Source: an uncultured bacterium (GTDB lineage: Bacteria; Krumholzibacteriota; Krumholzibacteriia; LZORAL124-64-63). From it: 64,000 bases of DNA. Below are positions 57,038-64,000 of this stretch, in pieces. The stretch lies in the NCBI GenBank assembly GCA_963732385.1, contig CAVSZB010000007.1:96001-160000 (forward strand), read 5' to 3'. Made by a program: the position numbers and the translations under genes. The notes below the pieces were generated by a model that searched no databases, was not told where the DNA came from, and worked only from the letters and a program-made list of their open reading frames with translations. The stretch's first letter is position 1. Each line of letters opens with the position of its first letter.

Positions 57038-57925
57038 ATGACAGATTTACGCCACACAGCCCTGCCCGCCGACGGCGATCAGGCCGCGCACACCGGAACC
57101 GAATGGTTCGCACTCGGCCAGCGCGCCGAGGGGGACGGCGATCTGGACGCCGGCAGGCGGGCCTACGCGGCCGCGGTCGCGCAGGATCCGCGCCAGCCGG
57201 AATGGCACTACCGGCTCGGCTGTGTCAGCCGTAAGCTCGGTCTGCTTGCTGAGGCGGTGGTCGCCTTTCGACGGGCCGCCGAACTGGCGCCGGAGGAGGC
57301 GCGTCACCTGTTGAATCTGGGCACTGTGTTCGACCGTCTCGGCCAGCGGGAAGAGGCGGTGCGCAGCTACCAGGCGGCGCTCTCGCGCGACCCGCGCAAC
57401 GCCGAGGCGCACAACAATCTCGGCGCCATCCACGCGGAGGCGGGGCGTTCGGAAGAGGCGGTGCGTTCGTTCGAGGCGGCCATCGCGGCGCGGCCCGATG
57501 CGCAGGGGTGGCAGAATCTCGGCCTGGTGCATTTCCATCAGGACGATTTCGAGCGGGCGCTGCACTGCTTCGAACAGGTGCTGCTGCTCGCCCCCGACTC
57601 CGCGCTGGGGCACTACTACGCCGGTCTGTGCCAGATGCGCAAGGGGCTCTACCGCGAGGCGACGCTGCGTTTCCGCCGCGCCTTCGAACTCGATGCGCGT
57701 CTCGGTCGCGCCCAGTTTCACGCCGGGGCCTGTCTGCACAAGGTGGGGCGTTTCGACGAGGCGCTGCTGGCGCTGCGGCGGGCTCTGGAATCGTTTCCGG
57801 AGGATCCGCGGCTGCACTACCAGCTCGGCCTCACCTGCGATGCGCTGCTGCTGCATCAGGAGGCGCGCCAGCACTATCGCCACGCCCGCGCCGTCAATGC
57901 CGGCGGCTTCGGCGGTACGCTCTGA
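57038..57925 (+). CDS. Cytoplasmic tetratricopeptide repeat protein
   Basis: About eight consecutive TPRs (e.g. AEAHNNLGAIHAEAGRSEEAVRSFEAAI). Confidence 0.9.
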   Translation: MTDLRHTALPADGDQAAHTGTEWFALGQRAEGDGDLDAGRRAYAAAVAQDPRQPEWHYRLGCVSRKLGLLAEAVVAFRRAAELAPEEARHLLNLGTVFDRLGQREEAVRSYQAALSRDPRNAEAHNNLGAIHAEAGRSEEAVRSFEAAIAARPDAQGWQNLGLVHFHQDDFERALHCFEQVLLLAPDSALGHYYAGLCQMRKGLYREATLRFRRAFELDARLGRAQFHAGACLHKVGRFDEALLALRRALESFPEDPRLHYQLGLTCDALLLHQEARQHYRHARAVNAGGFGGTL

Positions 57926-57974
57926 CCCCGCGGGGGCAGGCCGGCACGGGACCTGGATTGGGAAAACGGGGGGA

Positions 57975-58349
57975 TCAGGCGATCGTCGCGTCGAGGCAGC
58001 GACTGACAGTTTCGCGCACCCGATCCGGATCGAACGGCTTCACCAGGAAATCGCGCGCGCCGGCCTTGATCGCCTCGAGCACCTTCTGTTTCTGACCGAG
58101 AGCGCTGATCATGATCACGTTCGCGTCCGGGTCGGCCGCGACGATCGCCTTGAGCGCGCCGATGCCGTCCAGACGGGGCATGGTGATGTCGAGCGCGACG
58201 AGATCGGGCTTCAATTCACGGTACATGTGCACCGCCTGCTCGCCGTCGCGCGCTTCGCCCGCCACGGTCAGTCCCATCTCGCAGACGATCTCCCTGAGCA
58301 TCGCGCGCATGAATTCAGCGTCGTCCACGATGAGAACTGTGTTGCCCAT
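57975..58349 (-). CDS. CheY-like single-domain response regulator
   Basis: LIVDDAEFMR.ML, LDITMP.LDG, MISALGQ, DFLVKPF (Bacillus/Thermotoga CheY-type pattern). Confidence 0.9.
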   Translation of the reverse strand: MGNTVLIVDDAEFMRAMLREIVCEMGLTVAGEARDGEQAVHMYRELKPDLVALDITMPRLDGIGALKAIVAADPDANVIMISALGQKQKVLEAIKAGARDFLVKPFDPDRVRETVSRCLDATIA

Positions 58350-58570
58350 CAATGACCTCCCCAGGGCCCGTGCTGCCCTGGTGGTGGCGGGCCGGCCGCG
58401 GCCGGCGGCTTCTGTTGCTTCGGCGCGCTGACGGTCCGCGCCGGAGTCCGGCGCCTCGCGAGCCTGGCGGCCGGGCATCTCCATGGTGTACTTTGGTTTC
58501 GACGCGACCGGCGGCCCCCTTTAGCCTGATATCCGCGGGGGATGGGCGCCGATCGGGAAGGAGGGGCGGC

Positions 58571-60028
58571 ATGCGGAGGCAGGAAACGGTCCGATCCCGG
58601 CGCGGCGGCCGGCCGGGGGGCTGGAGACGGGTGGCGCTGGCGGTGGTCGTGGTGGCTCTGGGGCTCGGCGGGGCCACGGCGGGGGCCGCCACGTCTCCGG
58701 TGGCGGCCTCCGAGGCGCCGGGGCGCAAGGCCCTGGATGTGACCATCTACAACAACGATCTCGCGCTCGTGCGCGAGGTGCGCGCCGTGGAACTGCCGGC
58801 GGGGGCGTGCGCGCTCGAATTCCGCGACGTGCCGGCGCAGATTGAGCCGCGGTCGCTGTTGGTCGACTTCGGCGCGAAGTCGCCGGTGCGGCTGCTCGAA
58901 CAGGATTACGAGTTCGATCTCCTCTCGCGCGAGAAGATCCTCGAGAAGTACATCGGGCAGGAGGTCGCCTGGATCCAGGAGGATGGCAGGCGCATCAGGG
59001 GGCGGCTGCTCGGCATGACCGCCGGGCCGGTGTTCGAAGTGGACGGCGAGGTGCTGTTCGAAGTGCCGGGCCGCATCGCCCTGCCGGCGCTGCCGGCGAA
59101 TCTGCGGGCGCGTCCCACCCTGGTCTGGCGCCTCGACGCCGGCAAGGGTGGCGCGGTCGAGGTGGAGGCCTCCTACCTCACGCGTGGCGTCTCCTGGTCG
59201 ACCGACTACGTCCTGCAGCTGGACGCCAGGGGGGAGCGCGCCGGCCTGCAGGCCTGGGTCTCGATCGACAACCGCAGTGGCGGCGCGTTCGGTGACGCGC
59301 GCCTGCTGCTCGTGGCGGGGGAGATCAGCCAGGTGCGGCCGCAGCCGGCGCCGCGGATGATGATGAAGACCATGGCGGCGGCCGACTACGCCGAGGGGGT
59401 GCAGGAGGAGGCGCTCTACGACTACCACCTCTACACGCTGCCGGGCGTGACCACGCTCAAGGATGCGCAGATCAAGCAGGTTTCGCTGTTCGAGGCGGGC
59501 GGCATCGGCGTGCGGCGGCACTACCGTCTCGGCGGCCAGGCGTACTGGTTCCAGAGCCCGCGCCTGAAGCAGAAGACCGAGGAGAAGGTGGCGGTGTCGC
59601 TCACCTTTGAAAATCGCCAGGCCAACGGCCTGGGGCTGCCGCTGCCGGCCGGCACGGTGCGGGTGTACGGTCAGGCCGCCTCGGGCGGGCGCCAGCTGCT
59701 GGGCGAGGACCGCATCGATCACACGCCAAAGGACGAGGAGGTCGAACTGCAGATCGGCGTCGCGTTCGATCTCGTGGCGGAGCGGACCCAGACCGACTAC
59801 AAACGCATTGCCGACAACGTTCACCAGTCGGCCTATCGCCTCGTGCTGCGCAATCACAAGGCCGAGGCGGTCACCGTCGAGGTGGTCGAGCCGACCGGCG
59901 GGGACTGGCAGGTCCTCGAGTCGTCGTTGCCGGCGCGTAAGCGCAGCGTGTCGGCTTTGGAGTTCGATGTGCCGGTGCCGGCGGGCGGAGAGACCGTGTT
60001 GACGTACCGGCTGCAGGTGAGCTACTAG
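58571..60028 (+). CDS. DUF4139 domain exported protein
   Basis: Signal peptide, VTIYNNDLALVREVR, EQDYEFDL, SYLTRG.SW..DY, YHLYTL, GLGLPLPAG.VRVY, IDHTPKDE. Confidence 0.85.
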   Translation: MRRQETVRSRRGGRPGGWRRVALAVVVVALGLGGATAGAATSPVAASEAPGRKALDVTIYNNDLALVREVRAVELPAGACALEFRDVPAQIEPRSLLVDFGAKSPVRLLEQDYEFDLLSREKILEKYIGQEVAWIQEDGRRIRGRLLGMTAGPVFEVDGEVLFEVPGRIALPALPANLRARPTLVWRLDAGKGGAVEVEASYLTRGVSWSTDYVLQLDARGERAGLQAWVSIDNRSGGAFGDARLLLVAGEISQVRPQPAPRMMMKTMAAADYAEGVQEEALYDYHLYTLPGVTTLKDAQIKQVSLFEAGGIGVRRHYRLGGQAYWFQSPRLKQKTEEKVAVSLTFENRQANGLGLPLPAGTVRVYGQAASGGRQLLGEDRIDHTPKDEEVELQIGVAFDLVAERTQTDYKRIADNVHQSAYRLVLRNHKAEAVTVEVVEPTGGDWQVLESSLPARKRSVSALEFDVPVPAGGETVLTYRLQVSY

Positions 60029-60111
60029 CACGCGGTCCCGGTACGCATGTCGGCAGGAGAACGGGGGCGATCACGCGGTCGCCCCTGGTTTCGTGCGGGC
60101 AGGGGGGTGGC

Positions 60112-62415
60112 TCAGCCTCCCAGATCGGCGAGCCGGCGGCGCAGTTGCGGATCGGCCGGGCTCAGCGCGACCGCCCTGGCCAGCGCTGTCCGGGCCCCCG
60201 CCCGGTCGCCCAGGCGCAGGCGCGCCTCGCCGAGGTTTGCCCACGCTTCCACGCGGCGGGGAGCCCGCCGCGCGACGATGCCGAACTGGGCGGCGGCCCC
60301 CGCCACGTCCCCCTCCTGGAAGAGACAGACGCCGAGGCTCAGACGCGTGTCGAGCAGGCGGCTGTTGGCCGCGACGGCGGCGGCGAAGCGCGCGCGCGCG
60401 CCGGCGATGTCGCCGCGCGCCAGGAGCTGGTTGCCGGAGTTGTGCAACAGGATCGGGTGGTCGGGGCGCGCGACCAGGCCGCGCCGGTACACCGTTTCAG
60501 CTTCCGTATCCAGGCCGCCCAGGCGCAGCAGATCCCCGAGTGCCAGACAGCGATCCGCCGCGCGGGCTCCACCTCCGGAGGTTGGCAAATCCGCCAGCAG
60601 GTGCTGCATCGCGGCACGCAGCACGGGGCCGGGATCGGGCGACAGCTGGTCGGGCGGCAGACCGGTCGGCGCGGTGTTTGGTGAGGGCAGGAAGAGGACT
60701 CCCGCCTCGTCTGCGTCGGCCAGATGCCAGCGCGGACTCGCCAGCAACGTTGTGATGAGGCGATCGGTGGTGCGCGTGGCGTGCGCCAGAACCACGGCGT
60801 CCGCACGCCGCCGCGCCAGCAGCGCGAGCGCGCCGCTGCCCCCCGCCCTGAGGCTCGCGTACTCGCGCCAGACCTCGGGGGGGTAGACCTCGGTGCGTCC
60901 GTCGATGAACACCAGGCCGGCGCGGGTCTGGATGAGCGTGGAGGCGGCGTCGATGTTGTTGACCACTCGGGGCGTGGCGCCCGGGGAGGCGGTGCGCAGC
61001 GCCGCGGCAGCGGCAAACGGGAACTGGGCCGGGGCCAGTCCCGCGCCGAAGCGTCGGGTAACCCCCTCGCGCAGATAGAAGCCGTCGTCGCGGATCGCCG
61101 GGATCCAGGCGACGCAGACCACGGCCGCGGCGGCGAGCGACACGGCCGGCAGCGCGCGCGCGGTCCGTGCTCCGAACGACGCCGGGAGGCGCAGTCGGAA
61201 CGCGGCGAGTCGCCGGGTCCAGAGCAGTGGCCGGTCCGGATCGTACCCGCCGTGCGCGAGCATGAAAGCCACCGCGCAGAAACCTAGGTTGCGCTGCGCC
61301 CAGACGGTGGCGCCGAAACCGGCCGCCAGCAGCGCCAGGCGCAGCGGCGGCACGCGCCCCGCCGTGCCGACGGCCCAGAGCACGGCCCATACGAGACAGA
61401 TCCGGAAGATCAGCACCGTAACGCCGAGCCCGTTCTGCATGCTCAGCAGCGGCGACATTTCGGCGATCGTCTGCCGCAGATCGGGACCGCCGCCGAGCTG
61501 GCCCAGTGCCCGCAGGGGATAGAGCAGGCCCGCGGGGCCGTGCGGTGTCAGCGCGCCGGCCAGCAGCGTGATCAAGGCCGGTCCCAGAAATCCGAGCGGA
61601 GTGGAGAAGGCGGCGGGCCGCGGCGCCGGAACGCGCGCGGGGCGCGGCGCGAGCCGGCGCTCCAGCGGCCACAGCAGTGCGGCGAGCAGCCAGAGGGCCG
61701 GCACGAGAATCCAGAAACCGTGCCACTGCGCCCAGACCAGGGCCAGCCAGAACGTCCGGCCCGCGGGGGCGCGGGGCGAGAGGAGCGGCCGCCAGCGCTG
61801 CCAGGCGCGCGTGCGGGGCGGGGGAGCGCCACCGGCATCGCTGGTGCCGGCGTCACCGGCCCGGCCGATCCAATGCACAGCGAGCGCGAAGGCGATCAGG
61901 GATGGTAGTTCCGGTCGCAGCACCAGACGCGGCCAGGCGAGCGCCAGCATGCCGGTCAGCGGCAGGGCCACGGCCGCGGCGCGCCCGGGACTCGGCAGAC
62001 GATTGCGGGGGCGGGATCCGGCGCCATCCAGCCAGAGCACGATCACCAGGGCGGCGGCGAGCACCTGGCAGGCAAGACTCCACGGGGCGGCGCGCGAGGC
62101 GCCGTGCCGGCCGGCGGCCGTCAGCGCTACCCCGATCTGGAACAGCCACTCGTGATCGGTCCAGCGGTAGTCAGGCGCGGTAAAACTGTATGTGTTGTGC
62201 GTTGCGAGCGCGTGCTCGCGCAGGAGGTCGGTGCCGGCCCGGTCGTGGAGCCAGAGATCGAGATCGCTGAGCGTGTGGCGGGTCAGTGTCTGCGCGAGCG
62301 CCAGGGGCACAAGGAGTGAGAGCCCGAGTGCCAGCGCGAGCGCGAACTGGCGCCTCTTCCCCTTCTGCGCGCCCTGCCCGGCGCGGGGCGGGGGTGTGCC
62401 GATCCCCAACGCCAT
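60112..62415 (-). CDS. Multi-pass membrane protein (GT-C-like) with C-terminal TPRs
   Basis: DLWLH..AG, HEWLFQ, RPE, W.QWHG, FIDGRTEVY; many TMs; three to four TPRs. SD GGAG before ATG 62415. Confidence 0.75.
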   Translation of the reverse strand: MALGIGTPPPRAGQGAQKGKRRQFALALALGLSLLVPLALAQTLTRHTLSDLDLWLHDRAGTDLLREHALATHNTYSFTAPDYRWTDHEWLFQIGVALTAAGRHGASRAAPWSLACQVLAAALVIVLWLDGAGSRPRNRLPSPGRAAAVALPLTGMLALAWPRLVLRPELPSLIAFALAVHWIGRAGDAGTSDAGGAPPPRTRAWQRWRPLLSPRAPAGRTFWLALVWAQWHGFWILVPALWLLAALLWPLERRLAPRPARVPAPRPAAFSTPLGFLGPALITLLAGALTPHGPAGLLYPLRALGQLGGGPDLRQTIAEMSPLLSMQNGLGVTVLIFRICLVWAVLWAVGTAGRVPPLRLALLAAGFGATVWAQRNLGFCAVAFMLAHGGYDPDRPLLWTRRLAAFRLRLPASFGARTARALPAVSLAAAAVVCVAWIPAIRDDGFYLREGVTRRFGAGLAPAQFPFAAAAALRTASPGATPRVVNNIDAASTLIQTRAGLVFIDGRTEVYPPEVWREYASLRAGGSGALALLARRRADAVVLAHATRTTDRLITTLLASPRWHLADADEAGVLFLPSPNTAPTGLPPDQLSPDPGPVLRAAMQHLLADLPTSGGGARAADRCLALGDLLRLGGLDTEAETVYRRGLVARPDHPILLHNSGNQLLARGDIAGARARFAAAVAANSRLLDTRLSLGVCLFQEGDVAGAAAQFGIVARRAPRRVEAWANLGEARLRLGDRAGARTALARAVALSPADPQLRRRLADLGG

Positions 62416-62467
62416 CGCGGTTCTCCGTCCTCCCTGGACACGATTCTGGTTTGCTGCGGCCGGGGAT

Positions 62468-62496
62468 ACGTTAGACGCCGGATCGGACGCGGTCCA
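62468..62496 (-). promoter_or_regulatory. Possible sigma70-type promoter for the GT-C-like gene
   Basis: Minus strand TGGACC-N17-TAACGT. Confidence 0.4.
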
Positions 62497-62573
62497 ACCT
62501 GAGTTTGGGTCGCCAGGCCCCCCTTTGGCCACTCTGGCCCCTTGACAATCTGGAACCTGTGCCGGGATGACTT

Positions 62574-62588
62574 TTGACAATATGTCAA
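62574..62588. promoter_or_regulatory. Palindromic operator/enhancer TTGACA-ATA-TGTCAA
   Basis: Perfect 6-3-6 inverted repeat; second TTGACAAT half-site at 62542; no -10 at 17-nt spacing from any of the TTGACA hexamers. Confidence 0.55.
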
Positions 62589-62702
62589 TCGGAGGGATCG
62601 GCAACGCCGGAATCGTTTCGCTGTCTCCGGCATGGCATTCTCAATTTACTGCAAGGCAACGAGTTATAAATCAAGAAAGCGGAGTGTGTCTTGCGGAATT
62701 GG

Positions 62703-62718
62703 TGGTACGGGACTTGTA
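62703..62718 (+). promoter_or_regulatory. sigma54-like promoter (variant -12) for the sigma factor gene
   Basis: TGGTAC-N5-TTGTA (GG-N10-GT); IHF-like CAA-N4-TTA at 62657-62666. Confidence 0.45.
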
Positions 62719-62788
62719 AGGGACGGGGCATACACACGCAGATAATCGGCGCCTCGCCCGCCCACCGGCGCTTTCCTAGGAGACCCAG

Positions 62789-63685
62789 ATGCGCAAGGCC
62801 CCCGCCACCAAGAGCCAGCCGAAGGCGCGCCGCGAGGCGGCCCGCCTGATGACGAACCTCGACCTCTACTTCCAGGAGGTCAAGGCGTACCCGCTGCTCA
62901 ACCGCAATCAGGAGTGCGAACTGGCGCGCGGCATCCGCGCGAACGACCAGAAGGCGCTGCACACGCTCGTCAAGTCGAACCTGCGCTTCGTGGTCAGCAT
63001 CGCCAAGGAGTACGCGCACTACGGCGTGCCGCTGGAAGATCTCATCAACGAAGGCAACCTCGGTCTGTTGAAGGCGGCGCAGCGCTTCGACGAAACGCGT
63101 GGTTACAAGTTCATCTCCTACGCCGTCTGGTGGATCCGGCAGTCGATTCTCGCGGCTCTGGCGAACCAGTCGAAGATCGTGCGGATGCCGCTCAACCGCG
63201 CGCGCGTGCTGAACCAGATCAAGAAGATCTCGAGCGAACTGCAGCAGACGCTGCGGCGCAAGCCGACTCCGGAGGAGATCGCTCTCCAGCTGGGGCTGTC
63301 GCTCGATGAGGTGAAGGACACCCTGCCGCTGATGCAGGACAATTTCTTCCTCGACGATTACGTCGGCAACGACGAGGACTCCACCTACCTCGATTTCCTC
63401 GAGGACACGCACAGCCACGGGCCCGACAGCGGCATCCTGGAGGAGGACCTCCACTCGAGCATCCGGCGCATGCTGACCGACCTCAAGGATCGCGAGGCGA
63501 CGGTGCTGAAGCTGTACTACGGTCTCGGCACCGATCACGAGATGACGCTCGAGGAGATCGGCCAGATCATGGGGCTGACCCGCGAGCGCATCCGGCAGAT
63601 CAAGGAGGAGGCCTTCGACAAGATCCGCACGTCGAAGACCTTCCGGTACATGCAGGACTACGCCGATATGCAGCAGATGTCGTAA
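62789..63685 (+). CDS. RNA polymerase sigma factor, RpoD/SigA family, lacking region 1.1
   Basis: NLRFVVSIAK, DLINEGNLGL.KAA.RFD..RGYKFISYAVWWIRQ, TLEEIG...LTRERIRQI; SD AGGAG. Confidence 0.95.
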   Translation: MRKAPATKSQPKARREAARLMTNLDLYFQEVKAYPLLNRNQECELARGIRANDQKALHTLVKSNLRFVVSIAKEYAHYGVPLEDLINEGNLGLLKAAQRFDETRGYKFISYAVWWIRQSILAALANQSKIVRMPLNRARVLNQIKKISSELQQTLRRKPTPEEIALQLGLSLDEVKDTLPLMQDNFFLDDYVGNDEDSTYLDFLEDTHSHGPDSGILEEDLHSSIRRMLTDLKDREATVLKLYYGLGTDHEMTLEEIGQIMGLTRERIRQIKEEAFDKIRTSKTFRYMQDYADMQQMS

Positions 63686-63710
63686 CTGCGCACGAACGGC
63701 ACGAAGACTG

Positions 63711-63741
63711 GGCCCCGGCGCCGGCGCCGGGGCCTTTTTTT
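63711..63741 (+). terminator. Rho-independent terminator
   Basis: 24-bp perfect palindrome GGCCCCGGCGCCGGCGCCGGGGCC followed by T7, 25 nt after the sigma stop. Confidence 0.88.
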
Positions 63742-63871
63742 CGGTGGTGCGCCCGTCATGGGCGCCGACCTGGCGCTGAAGCACGAGAATTTCGCCGCCG
63801 CACGATCATCTGGGCTCTCGGCGCGAGCGACCCCGCGGAGACGTTCCAGATCGAGTTGCATTCCACCACAT

Positions 63872-63905
63872 GAAGCGCCACACATCACGAAGCGCCACAC
63901 TTCAC
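63872..63905. repeat. 17-bp tandem repeat (2 copies)
   Basis: GAAGCGCCACACATCAC then GAAGCGCCACACTTCAC, adjacent. Confidence 0.8.
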
Positions 63906-63937
63906 AGGATGTCAGCCCGCTCCGACTTGCGCCGGGG

Positions 63938-64000
63938 CAAGTGCCGCCACAAGTGCAGGTGCCGGTGCAGGCGCCTGGGCAAGTGCTGGCGCAAGTGCCT
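63938..64000. repeat. Degenerate hexamer array running off the window edge
   Basis: CAAGTG CCGCCA CAAGTG CAGGTG CCGGTG CAGGCG CCTGGG CAAGTG CTGGCG CAAGTG. Confidence 0.7.

Noticed and set aside
57975..58349. Chemotaxis operon
   Set aside because: Only a lone CheY-like receiver; no cheA, cheW or chemoreceptor in the window.
62542..62588. TTGACA hexamers as sigma70 -35 elements
   Set aside because: No TAnnnT at 17-nt spacing on either strand; treated as an operator/enhancer instead.
62416..62788. Possible structured ncRNA (e.g. 6S) in the long intergenic region
   Set aside because: No long self-complementary rod or known consensus seen; promoter and operator motifs explain the region.
63872..64000. 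Possible CRISPR array at the window end
   Set aside because: Repeats are 17 bp and 6 bp, tandem with no spacers, and no cas genes are present.
1..64000. IS elements, integrases, prophage, defence systems, rRNA, tRNA
   Set aside because: No such motifs were recognised anywhere in the window.

Overview
High-GC chromosomal window with no mobile elements, rRNA, tRNA or CRISPR array. The FlgD-like sorting domain, DUF2723 and short RpoD-like sigma suggest an FCB-superphylum or Gemmatimonadota-related lineage such as Krumholzibacteriota/Latescibacterota (inference). In order: 3' end of smc and ftsY; an FMN riboswitch heading ribD-ribE-ribBA-ribH-nusB; a ~21 kb envelope glycosylation locus (methyltransferase, GT4, YbhN-type flippase, DUF2723/TMEM260-like, epimerase, four GT2 proteins, YfhO-like GT-C, PorZ-like propeller, CapD, DegT, FemAB-like GNAT, Wzx); a dcw cluster from mraZ to ftsZ with a Ser-less STAS gene between mraZ and rsmH; TPR proteins, a response regulator, rpmB and recG; a signalling island (HDOD, zinc-ribbon/RomX-like protein, RsbW-like kinase, orphan 146-aa gene, degenerate MglA-like GTPase, TPR, CheY); DUF4139; a GT-C-like TPR membrane protein; and a sigma70-family gene with a terminator. 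Best candidates for an undescribed system: (i) a myxobacterial polarity-like module (RomX-like plus MglA-like pseudo-GTPase) with back-to-back sigma54 promoters around an IHF site; (ii) a sigma54/enhancer-type promoter in front of the sigma70-family gene; (iii) a PorZ-like gene embedded in an A-LPS-like glycan pathway. All family calls come from motif recognition by eye, not database searches.
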